Source of the DNA: Candidatus Thorarchaeota archaeon
Lineage (GTDB): Archaea; Asgardarchaeota; Thorarchaeia; Thorarchaeales; Thorarchaeaceae
Length of the DNA: 21,894 bases
Assembly: GCA_003345555.1 (NCBI GenBank)
Contig: PRDJ01000056.1
Coordinates: 1-21,894 of the forward strand
Direction: 5' to 3'
Both the position numbers and the translations under genes were made by a program. Numbering within the stretch: the first letter of the stretch is position 1; each line of letters opens with the position of its first letter. This document shows, piece by piece, positions 1 through 7,366 of the stretch. The notes beneath the pieces are model-generated. The model made no database searches. It saw only the letters and a list, made by a program, of their open reading frames with translations, and had not been told where the DNA came from.

Positions 1-316
1 CAAAGGTAACTACGGGATTTCCGTATTGTTGAAGGGTGATGTTCGGGACCTCGACAGACATCCTGTACAGAAGCGACGAATTGTCAACGAAAACCAGACT
101 AAAACTGCCAGCTGACAGCTTGACGTCCAGAAGTACTGTACCAGTAGTGTTGCCAAGATCATCGTGGAAGACAAAGGTAGTCTTTGCCTGATTCCAGTTG
201 AACCACCACCCACCGGTAGAGCCCAAGTATGCCAAGCCACCTACTGTGATGGCTCCGGCCGCCAATACAGCCACTATGCATACCACCATTCTTGTGTTTC
301 TTCGATATTCACTCAT
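1..316 (-). CDS. Membrane-anchored exported protein, unknown function; partial, runs off the left edge; absent from the ORF track
   Basis: ATG at 316 overlaps the upstream stop (ATGAGTGA). The frame is open to base 2: MSEYRRNTRMVVCIVAVLAAGAITVGGLAYLGSTGGWWFNWNQAKTTFVFHDDLGNTTGTVLLDVKLSAGSFSLVFVDNSSLLYRMSVEVPNITLQQYGNPVVTF. Basic N-terminus, one hydrophobic helix, then a beta-strand-like region with 3 N-x-S/T sequons. Confidence 0.85.
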   Translation of the reverse strand, partial: MSEYRRNTRMVVCIVAVLAAGAITVGGLAYLGSTGGWWFNWNQAKTTFVFHDDLGNTTGTVLLDVKLSAGSFSLVFVDNSSLLYRMSVEVPNITLQQYGNPVVTF

Positions 317-953
317 TTCTCATACCACCTTTCTTGTGCGACCTGAGGAAGCTATGCCACTTCTCTCTCAGGTCCCGATATCGCGAATCTTCCTCTAACA
401 CGAACCGACGAATGATTCGCGATGCGTCGCTTCTAACCGGCGGAGGCAGCTTACGGTACGCCTTGTCATCCACGATTGGGATGTTGGAAGTCACCGCATT
501 CTCTCGCTCGATTAATCGTCCTAGTATTTCCATCGCCTGCCCAGTCTCAGACTCCGGTATGTCGATGCCATAGGCCAGGAGGGCAGAGACAGTGGAACCA
601 AGGCGGTCCTTCGCAAACCTTGCTATGCCTGCGTCCGCTTGCATCATCTCTCCAAGGCCCATCCGGTATTCTCTTGCAGTAGCACGATAGTAGCGTTGGA
701 CAATTCCTGTAGGTGTCAACTGGGTCCGCTCCTGTACAACCAGTCCTGCCTTCTTTAGTGCGTCTATGTGATGTAGAATCGTTCCGGGATTCTTGCCAAG
801 AACATCTGCCAGCTGCTTGACAGTCATCGCGCCATTGACCAAGAACTTGAATACAATGTCGGCTCTTACGGGATCAAGCAGTACTTTGAAGATGCTAGGG
901 TCAGTAATGACCTCCAGGTCCTTCATAGGCGCGACTTGTTCTGGTTGCTCCAT
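309..953 (-). CDS. Winged helix-turn-helix transcriptional regulator (ArsR-like) with a long C-terminal domain
   Basis: LLDPVRADIV...MTVKQLADVLGKNPGTILHHIDALKKAGLV...GIVQRYY matches the ArsR/HTH_20 pattern. Start is ATG 953 (GGTG upstream) or GTG 959, which overlaps the upstream TGA. Confidence 0.88.
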   Translation of the reverse strand: MEQPEQVAPMKDLEVITDPSIFKVLLDPVRADIVFKFLVNGAMTVKQLADVLGKNPGTILHHIDALKKAGLVVQERTQLTPTGIVQRYYRATAREYRMGLGEMMQADAGIARFAKDRLGSTVSALLAYGIDIPESETGQAMEILGRLIERENAVTSNIPIVDDKAYRKLPPPVRSDASRIIRRFVLEEDSRYRDLREKWHSFLRSHKKGGMRNE

Positions 954-955
954 CT

Positions 956-1819
956 TCACACACCGCCGACCAGCCTGAAGTCCGGATTCTCTGACGACGC
1001 ACTACCCGTTTCCTGAACATTGTCTGTCAGAATCAAATAGACTCTCGTGAGCCCGATTGCCATGGCTGGAATCACCAAGAACAAGACAATCAGGAAGCCG
1101 ATTAGGGGCACGACAGATGTCAGAAGGATGATTCCGATGAAGGACAACCATGTGCCAAAGACCCGATCGAAGTATTGCCGGCTCAATCTGAGAGACCGTC
1201 TCGCCGCAGCCAAAGCAGAAAGCCCATCGATTATTCCTGGAAACAGCAGCGACAGCATTCCGGCACTGATGACGACCCAGAGTAAAATTGCGACCATTGG
1301 TATAGCGAAATCGAGCCCAATTAATGAGCCTGTGACAAAGCCAGGCATCCACAGAATCAAGAGAACAATCGGCCACATGACGACTAAGAAGAGTATGATC
1401 CCTCCTCCGGCCAGAGAGAAGAACTTCTTCCTGTACCAGGCAAAGACACCCTCCGCAGTCGTTCCTTCGCTTTCCACTATCTCTCGGGCCATGCCAAAGA
1501 GTGCGCCAAAGGCAACCATGAAGGGACCAAGGACAAACACTGCAAGCAACATGAACACACCAATCATCAGAGAAACTTGTGGAGTGGACCAGATTGCCGC
1601 GAACGATGTGAAGAATTGAATCATGCCTTCCATTCCAATTCCTTCGATGAGACCAAACACAATTGGAACGAAGATAGCGACTGCTATCATGGCCATGAGA
1701 ACAACAGATACAATCAGAACCCCGAACATTCCCAAGATAAACGAGATGACGTTCCGAGCTGCGAATCTAAAGCTGATGCTTATGTCGTTTTTTAGAACTT
1801 CAAAACTCGACTCTTTCAT
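956..1819 (-). CDS. Polytopic membrane protein, paralog of 1894..2802
   Basis: Several long hydrophobic segments; AGGTGA SD at 1826-1831; motifs FGM...G, S.R.....F.RVFG and G..RVY..LTD are shared with the neighbouring gene. Confidence 0.85.
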   Translation of the reverse strand: MKESSFEVLKNDISISFRFAARNVISFILGMFGVLIVSVVLMAMIAVAIFVPIVFGLIEGIGMEGMIQFFTSFAAIWSTPQVSLMIGVFMLLAVFVLGPFMVAFGALFGMAREIVESEGTTAEGVFAWYRKKFFSLAGGGIILFLVVMWPIVLLILWMPGFVTGSLIGLDFAIPMVAILLWVVISAGMLSLLFPGIIDGLSALAAARRSLRLSRQYFDRVFGTWLSFIGIILLTSVVPLIGFLIVLFLVIPAMAIGLTRVYLILTDNVQETGSASSENPDFRLVGGV

Positions 1820-1835
1820 TATTAATCACCTGCGA

Positions 1836-1886
1836 AGACGGTTCGAGGATGCCACTACCACCTCGATGGCCGGCATCCTCCCGTCT
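1836..1886 (-). other. Intergenic stem-loop between the two paralogous membrane genes
   Basis: AGACGG (1836-1841) pairs with CCGTCT (1881-1886); GAGGATGCC (1845-1853) pairs with GGCATCCTC (1872-1880); a 3-nt bulge lies between the two helices. Confidence 0.7.
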
Positions 1887-1893
1887 ATCCGAT

Positions 1894-2802
1894 TCATGCG
1901 ATAGATATTTCGGCTTGGCGAGGAGTCGCTACCTGTCCATCAGTAAGTTCATGATAGACTCTCACGAAACCGATGATCATCATCGGGTAGAGAACCAGAG
2001 CCCACAATAGAAAGGCAAAGAGACTCCAAATCCCGACGATAGCTACAGCCGACACCTGTACGATGTCAAGTGGATTCATTGTCCAGCCGGCTGCATATCC
2101 CCAGATTATTATTGGAGCAAGCGTCGCGGCTGCCAACAAGACAATCGCACTGAGCAAACCGAAGACGCGTTCGAAGCGCTGCGTGGCCAGTTTGAATGAC
2201 TCGTGGAATGCATCCTGCACTCCCTTCCCGCTAACAATAGCTGGCAGGACCATTGACGTAAGGCCTACCGTTACGAAGGTCCATGCGAATGAGAAAGCGC
2301 TTAGAGCGTACATTGGCAGGCCCGTAATAGTGTATTGGAACATATTGGACGCCAACCCCCAGACCACCAATTGTGGTACAATGATCATTATGGTGAGCAT
2401 GGCGCCAGCACTTACAAATGAGACAAACTTCACCCGAAGATAGTGGAAAGCGCTCTCAGCTTTCGTTTCTCCTGTGGTGACAAGATCATTGCTCATTCCG
2501 AATATCGAACCCACGACCACCAAGAACACGGATATGATAGGGATTACGAACAAGAGCGCCGCCCCACTGACTAACAAGGGATTCTGCACTGCCCAGGTGA
2601 CCATCAAAGGACCGAAGCCGGGACCCAGAACTCCATAGACCGCCATGAAAACGATTGCGACTGGAATCAAGACGAATACCAGCAGGATGGCCAGAGTTAT
2701 CGCCATCCCCAAGTTGGCAAGTAGGTAGCTTAGAATGTGATGCCTTGCTTGCCCGAAGCTTGACTTCAGATCGTCTAGAATCGTACCGAATTTTGCAGAC
2801 AT
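1894..2802 (-). CDS. Polytopic membrane protein, paralog of 956..1819
   Basis: 302 aa with multiple hydrophobic helices; GAGG SD about 10 nt upstream of the ATG; motif-level similarity to the downstream gene. Confidence 0.87.
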   Translation of the reverse strand: MSAKFGTILDDLKSSFGQARHHILSYLLANLGMAITLAILLVFVLIPVAIVFMAVYGVLGPGFGPLMVTWAVQNPLLVSGAALLFVIPIISVFLVVVGSIFGMSNDLVTTGETKAESAFHYLRVKFVSFVSAGAMLTIMIIVPQLVVWGLASNMFQYTITGLPMYALSAFSFAWTFVTVGLTSMVLPAIVSGKGVQDAFHESFKLATQRFERVFGLLSAIVLLAAATLAPIIIWGYAAGWTMNPLDIVQVSAVAIVGIWSLFAFLLWALVLYPMMIIGFVRVYHELTDGQVATPRQAEISIA

Positions 2803-2827
2803 TGTTTTATCCTCTTTTCAACATCTA

Positions 2828-2876
2828 TCAAACGAACCGTATTTACGGAACGTTTGACATGTGCCCAACGTTGGGC
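2828..2876. promoter_or_regulatory. Candidate operator region: three abutting palindromes
   Basis: TCAAACG-aa-CCGTA-tt-TACGG-aa-CGTTTGA (2828-2857, 12 of 15 symmetric pairs), ACATGT (2857-2862) and a perfect 14-mer GCCCAACGTTGGGC (2863-2876). All lie directly upstream of an operon that encodes a wHTH regulator. Confidence 0.6.
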
Positions 2877-2884
2877 GGTATTTG

Positions 2885-2893
2885 CTTATAAAG
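2885..2893 (-). promoter_or_regulatory. Candidate archaeal TATA box for the 2802..1 operon
   Basis: The minus strand reads CTTTATAAG about 85 nt upstream of ATG 2802. The upstream BRE position is not purine-rich, which lowers confidence. Confidence 0.45.
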
Positions 2894-2924
2894 TATGTGG
2901 CATGAGCAGAAAGCCTGAAGCCCG

Positions 2925-3000
2925 CCAAGAAAAGGAGAACACTCAGGCATCTGCAGCGCAGGGCAGCTAGGGGAAAATGAGTCCATTGTGCAGCCTGAGT
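2925..3000 (-). terminator. Possible terminator after the ECF S-component gene
   Basis: Inverted repeat ACTCAGGC (2941-2948) / GCCTGAGT (2993-3000), extendable by TGCA/TGCA after a 3-nt bulge. On the minus strand it is followed by a pyrimidine tract (GTTCTCCTTTTCTT). Confidence 0.35.
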
Positions 3001-3605
3001 CAGCCAGTCCTGCTGAGGATTTTGGAGTACAGGAAGAGCCAAGCCCATGCGAAAAGCGGCGTCAAGAGGAACACACTCGGAAGCCCTTCGGTTAACAAAG
3101 GAAGCATCACGAATCTGATGGCAACAAGTCCTGCATAGACTTCCACGGTCAGTCCTATAGCAACCACGACAAGTGTAGCGAGAAGCAAACCGATGGAAGA
3201 GACAATCGATAGCTTGGCAAGTGACCTTCCGTTGTTAAAGTCGTAATGGCCTAACCCGACAACGAAACCCATGATTCCGAAACCCACTGCATTGAGCGAG
3301 AGCGTCACAACAGTCCCAAACGCAAACAGACCGTAAAGGAGCGTCCCCAAGTACCCGGTGAGCAGACCCGCCAGTGGTCCCCTTATGGCACCCGCCGTCG
3401 TGATGATTGCGAGAGCTGGCAACAGACCAATCTTGAATAGGTCAATCATTATGTATGGTTCAGGAAGAACCGAGAAAGCAATGAAGACTCCTGTTCCTGC
3501 CGCGGACGTGACGAGGGTCCAGGCAATTGCATTGCTGTTCTGAATGAGGAAGCGTTGTGCCAAGGACAGCCTCCTGCTGCTACTAGTATGGACTTGTTCT
3601 GACAT
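3000..3605 (-). CDS. ECF transporter S-component-like membrane protein, substrate unknown
   Basis: About 200 aa with 5-6 hydrophobic helices; LPALAIITTAGAIRGPLAGLLTGYLGTLL matches the G-x-x-x-GP-x-x-G-x-x-x-G-x-x-G S-component pattern; GGAGG SD 7 nt upstream of the ATG. Confidence 0.7.
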   Translation of the reverse strand: MSEQVHTSSSRRLSLAQRFLIQNSNAIAWTLVTSAAGTGVFIAFSVLPEPYIMIDLFKIGLLPALAIITTAGAIRGPLAGLLTGYLGTLLYGLFAFGTVVTLSLNAVGFGIMGFVVGLGHYDFNNGRSLAKLSIVSSIGLLLATLVVVAIGLTVEVYAGLVAIRFVMLPLLTEGLPSVFLLTPLFAWAWLFLYSKILSRTG

Positions 3606-3608
3606 GCT

Positions 3609-5267
3609 TCATCCTCCAGTGGTGAGTACCAACTGATATGTCCCAGGACTCAATGTAAGTGCGTAATCACTTCCGCCCACGGGCGTGAGTGGAGGAAGAG
3701 GATAACCGCCGGAGTATGCAGTCGGCTCCGATGCGAAGTTGCTGAAGGTCAGAGTCGCGGTCTTATCAACACGCACATTCAGGACGAAACCCTGCTTGAT
3801 GGGGTCCCACTGAGCTTGGTAGATCCAGATGTTGTCATCGTCAGCGCTCGATATGTATGGGTAGTTCCAGAAGTCGGCAGGCCTAGCGTCTGCAAGAGCC
3901 TTCACCGACACAGGTACCGTAGCCCACAACCACCCATAGGCCAAGCTCGATTGCAGAAACGGCTCGACTGCCGTCGTGTCCCAATGCATCGAACGCCCGT
4001 CAGCAGACCAGACTTTGTTGTAAGGAGAGTATATGAAATTCGCAATCCGGTCCCTCGTGACCAGGTCTCCCATCTGCTGGGCCAGTGCTACAGCGTAGAG
4101 ATTGCATAGCATATCGTACGTATCGAACTTGCCAGGGTTGTGGTATGTATCAATCATGCAAAGTTGGTCAGCAGAGATATCCTTCGAGTAATGCTCAAGG
4201 AATACCGGGTAGTCTTCCGCAGTAACGTTTGGTTCTGTATACTCGATGAACAGCAATGACCACGCAACGCCATATCCTTCCAAGAGTGGACGCCCATCAT
4301 TGACATAAGGATCAAGTCTCTTTCCCGGAAATTCCTGAACAGGTCCATCGCCCAATTGATGAAAGCCCATTGGTTCCTGTACAAAATACTCGTCCGTGTA
4401 CAGACCGTATTGGTCAGTCATATTAGCCTCGATGAAATTGAGCCCATAATCCCACATCCCGGTCTCCATCCAGTCTGTTCCGTGCAGGTTATCGTACAAC
4501 TCAGTAAAGTACAGCGGTATAGTGTTGCACTGAACCCAGATTGCATAGGGTTGACACGGAATTAACCCGCACTCCCAGATACCACTGGCTCGCGGGTGCC
4601 CCAAACCATCAGTCGTCAGTGAGTTGTTCCAGTCCTGCATGTACCAGGAATACTCGTCGTAGAATGTGCTGTTATGGAAATTCCGTTCGTAGAGCAGCTC
4701 CATGAGAGCATAGTGACCGGTCCACATTATGTTAGCCGGCCCCCTGAACCCGCCCGTGTACACATCATTCGCGTCCGGATGGATTGGGTCTGGATAGTAG
4801 TATTGCGTCCAATTGCTGTAGCCAATGACGGGACGGGTCCACTCCATGGACTCGATTGATGCGTTCGTGTATTCGGCCTCAGTAGTGTTCATTTTCTTGA
4901 CAAGATTATATGCAACGTCTGAATAGTAGCTTGTCCTGTACCCTGAGGTGACTTCGAACATCCGTTCAATTGCGTATGACATGAATGCAAGCTGATAGTG
5001 CACGAGATAGTACACACCTGAACCGATGTTCCATCCATCCCAGCGCTCTAGTGGTTGGTTGACGAGTCCGCGCACATAGTTGAAGGCTGCAACCTGTTCA
5101 TGCGTCAAGGACGGATAGTCGGCGAAGTTGAACACAACTCCATTCACCACTTGCGAACCTGTCGACGTTACGGGTCCGGGAAGATTGCCGAATGTTGCTG
5201 CTCCGAATACAAGCGTCATGACAAAGGCAGCAAAAAGGAACTTGCTGGGCCTAGGCGAAGAACTCAT
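3609..5267 (-). CDS. Linalool dehydratase/isomerase (LinD/Ldi)-like exported protein with a C-terminal extension
   Basis: Ordered motifs HYQLAFMSYA, NIMWTGH, CQPYAIWVQCN, YDNLHGTDW, GYGVAWSL and AQQMGD correspond to LinD KYSIAFYAYG, NIMYKGH, CEPDNYFVQCN, YDRLHGTDY, AYTTAWTL and AREMGD (LinD recalled from memory). N-terminal hydrophobic helix; 7 sequons. ATG 5267 chosen for GAGGT spacing; ATG 5273 and TTG 5285 are alternatives. Confidence 0.8.
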   Translation of the reverse strand: MSSSPRPSKFLFAAFVMTLVFGAATFGNLPGPVTSTGSQVVNGVVFNFADYPSLTHEQVAAFNYVRGLVNQPLERWDGWNIGSGVYYLVHYQLAFMSYAIERMFEVTSGYRTSYYSDVAYNLVKKMNTTEAEYTNASIESMEWTRPVIGYSNWTQYYYPDPIHPDANDVYTGGFRGPANIMWTGHYALMELLYERNFHNSTFYDEYSWYMQDWNNSLTTDGLGHPRASGIWECGLIPCQPYAIWVQCNTIPLYFTELYDNLHGTDWMETGMWDYGLNFIEANMTDQYGLYTDEYFVQEPMGFHQLGDGPVQEFPGKRLDPYVNDGRPLLEGYGVAWSLLFIEYTEPNVTAEDYPVFLEHYSKDISADQLCMIDTYHNPGKFDTYDMLCNLYAVALAQQMGDLVTRDRIANFIYSPYNKVWSADGRSMHWDTTAVEPFLQSSLAYGWLWATVPVSVKALADARPADFWNYPYISSADDDNIWIYQAQWDPIKQGFVLNVRVDKTATLTFSNFASEPTAYSGGYPLPPLTPVGGSDYALTLSPGTYQLVLTTGG

Positions 5268-5373
5268 GGACATACCTCGTCGCAAGCGATGAAATCGCAG
5301 TTCCGACCAGTCTCCGTAGCATAAATATGTTCCAAACGAAACGGCGTGGGACTCGGCAAATGACGAACATTAT

Positions 5374-5431
5374 GCAGGTCTCCCGGAGACCTGCTGGAGT
5401 CAATGGAAACATATGTGTCTCTGCCAGAGAC
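5374..5431. repeat. Two adjacent inverted repeats in the divergent intergenic region
   Basis: GCAGGTCTCC-C-GGAGACCTGC (5374-5394, 10-bp arms) and GTCTCT-GCC-AGAGAC (5417-5431); both are built on GTCTC/GAGAC. Confidence 0.65.
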
Positions 5432-5590
5432 GTCTGAGATTCCTCGTGCATTGCTTTGCTTTCGAATATATGGGAGGAAGGTTCGACGCAAAGCCGAGTG
5501 CGTTTGAGAGACTCATCAGACTGATTTCAGCGGCCTTAATACGAACATAACGCAGCCTATTGCCAGAGCAGTCTTTGGCTGGTCTCCAGT

Positions 5591-6421
5591 ATGATCCATC
5601 TTGCCGGAAAGAACATGATTTCAGTGTTTCAGAAGTCAGCAGGTAGTATCGTTTCTCAGGTATCAGTCCTTGATGGCATTGCAGGCATAGTGCTGCTTGG
5701 AGGACTTACAAGGGGCTTTGCGGACAAACACTCCGATTTGGACATCATGGTATTCCTTACTGAGGCAAACGGCGGTCTGAGGAGCGCAATTAGGCGGATA
5801 GCTAATGATGAACAGAAGAAGACAGGAACTGAGGTTGACCTTGAGATACACCCCCTAGAGGGTTTTGAGCGAAGACGATGGACAGAGGTAGATAGATGGG
5901 ACTTCTGTTCTGCAAAAGTAGTCTTTGATGCGACTGGCAAAGTAGACAAGATGATTCATGCCAAGCTAGCAGTTCCAGAGGAGTTCTGGGTAAAACGTGT
6001 GGTCGTATGTTCTGAGCACCTCAAGTGGTACTGCTGTCCGCCTAGTGATGATGTGAGCACAATTGTCGAGACGTCCATCGAAAGAGGAGACTTGACCGCT
6101 GCACACTATTGCCTGAATTACGGACTCGAACTGCTGATTCGTATTCTCTTTGCCCTTAACAAAGCGTTCTTGCCGCCTCCTAAGTGGAGAATCATCTACT
6201 CTAAGGAGCTACGATGGCATCCCGCAAACTATGAGACTGCTCTTGAAGAGATACTTAGAATCAGAAGCCTCTCAAAGACTGAAATCGAAAGACGACTCAA
6301 ATTGATTCGTGAATTGTGGTCGGAGACAGCAGCCAGAATAATGAGTGACATGGCCCTCAGCCCGCAGATGATTTCGAAGTACTATGTTGAGAAAGTCCTA
6401 CATCAAGGCAATGTACGCTGA
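5591..6421 (+). CDS. Pol-beta-superfamily nucleotidyltransferase with a helical C-terminal (DUF4037-like) domain
   Basis: LLGGLTRGFADKHSDLDIMVF is the hG[G/S]...DhD motif; a third acidic strand EVDLE follows; the C-terminal LFALN..F.P..KW is typical. Alternative ATG at 5615. Confidence 0.8.
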   Translation: MIHLAGKNMISVFQKSAGSIVSQVSVLDGIAGIVLLGGLTRGFADKHSDLDIMVFLTEANGGLRSAIRRIANDEQKKTGTEVDLEIHPLEGFERRRWTEVDRWDFCSAKVVFDATGKVDKMIHAKLAVPEEFWVKRVVVCSEHLKWYCCPPSDDVSTIVETSIERGDLTAAHYCLNYGLELLIRILFALNKAFLPPPKWRIIYSKELRWHPANYETALEEILRIRSLSKTEIERRLKLIRELWSETAARIMSDMALSPQMISKYYVEKVLHQGNVR

Positions 6422-6469
6422 TTCGACGGACTGTCATGATGTATATGGTTTGAAGGAGTTCATTCAATA

Positions 6470-7216
6470 ATGAATCTGAAGTCGGATAACGCGGGCGCGC
6501 TCATATTCGATTTGGACGATACGCTCTATACATCAGATGCTAGAACGCTCGATGTGGCTCGTATGCTGCTCGATGAAATAGGTTTGCAGAAAGAAAGCAG
6601 GCTCTCGGACGAAGTTCTACAACGGGCATTCGCTCAGGGTCCAGACCGCTGGCTGAACAAATACATGCTCGACATCGATGCTCAGCAACACTGGAGACCA
6701 TCGCATGACCTGTGGGTAGAATATGGACGCAGATTGCTGACATCACTAGGAATCAGGGACGAGCTGGACGCCTTGGCCGCGAAGATGATTTCAAGGTGGG
6801 TGACCTACGGGGTGGACATGCGGTCGCACCTACCTGACGAATCGAAATCTGTGTTGAAGGAATTACACTCGAGGGGCTATCGCTTTGCGCTTGTTACCAA
6901 CCGGTGGGGAGACCCGTCTCCCCTACTCAGGAGAGATTCCATACTCGATCTCTTTGAGGCAGTGGAGTACTCACGCGTACCCGGCTATATGAAGCCCTCA
7001 CCGTTCATGTTGATACAAGCTGCGACTCGCCTAGGAGTCAACCCCAGTAGATGCGCTTGCATCGGTGACTTCGTCAGCATCGATGTTGAAGGGGCAAGGA
7101 GAGCAGGGATGGTGCCCTTTCTCCTGACATCCTATAATCCAAAGGACCGTGACCGTGCTCCGCGAGATATCACAGTTGTCAAGGACACTATTGATCTGTT
7201 GGAGCTCTTTCCATAA
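6470..7216 (+). CDS. HAD-superfamily hydrolase (subfamily IA)
   Basis: Motif I FDLDDT, motif II VTN, motif III KPSP and motif IV IGDFVSID; AAGGAG SD. Confidence 0.92.
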   Translation: MNLKSDNAGALIFDLDDTLYTSDARTLDVARMLLDEIGLQKESRLSDEVLQRAFAQGPDRWLNKYMLDIDAQQHWRPSHDLWVEYGRRLLTSLGIRDELDALAAKMISRWVTYGVDMRSHLPDESKSVLKELHSRGYRFALVTNRWGDPSPLLRRDSILDLFEAVEYSRVPGYMKPSPFMLIQAATRLGVNPSRCACIGDFVSIDVEGARRAGMVPFLLTSYNPKDRDRAPRDITVVKDTIDLLELFP

Positions 7217-7366
7217 CCCATGTGCAATCAGCCGGTAGGTGATTCCGATCGACAGCAGAACCGAAATAGACAGATACAAGGTTTCCCTTTTGACAATACA
7301 GCAGAGACCAATCCTCAGGAGTAACAACAATAATACCAAGGAAACTCGCCCGCGAGGAATGCTGAA

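Noticed and set aside
1836-1896. Hairpin with a GAA bulge just after a TGA stop, considered as a SECIS or bulge-helix-bulge motif
   Set aside because: An in-frame TAG follows two codons after the TGA, so readthrough gains nothing. There is only one 3-nt bulge and the helix is 9 bp, not the 4 bp of a BHB.
1047-2443. Long plus-strand ORFs at 1047..1619 and 2063..2443
   Set aside because: They are antisense shadows of the hydrophobic membrane genes, with no independent signals. The same applies to the other short nested ORFs in the track, such as 16964..17515.
3600-3620. The LinD-like and ECF-S ORFs are in the same frame, separated only by TGA-AGC, suggesting a readthrough or selenocysteine fusion
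   Set aside because: In-frame adjacency has a 1-in-3 chance. A well-spaced GGAGG SD explains independent initiation. A fusion would join an extracellular C-terminus to a basic, probably cytoplasmic N-terminus. No SECIS-like element was seen.
5455-5535. CTGATGA on the minus strand, resembling a hammerhead ribozyme core
   Set aside because: No stem II closed by C-GAAA (the candidates read CAAAC and CGAAC), and no properly placed NUH cleavage triplet.
6436-6480. ATGATGT...CTGA, a C/D-like pair
   Set aside because: The C box is mismatched, and the D box lies inside the HAD coding start and spans its SD region.
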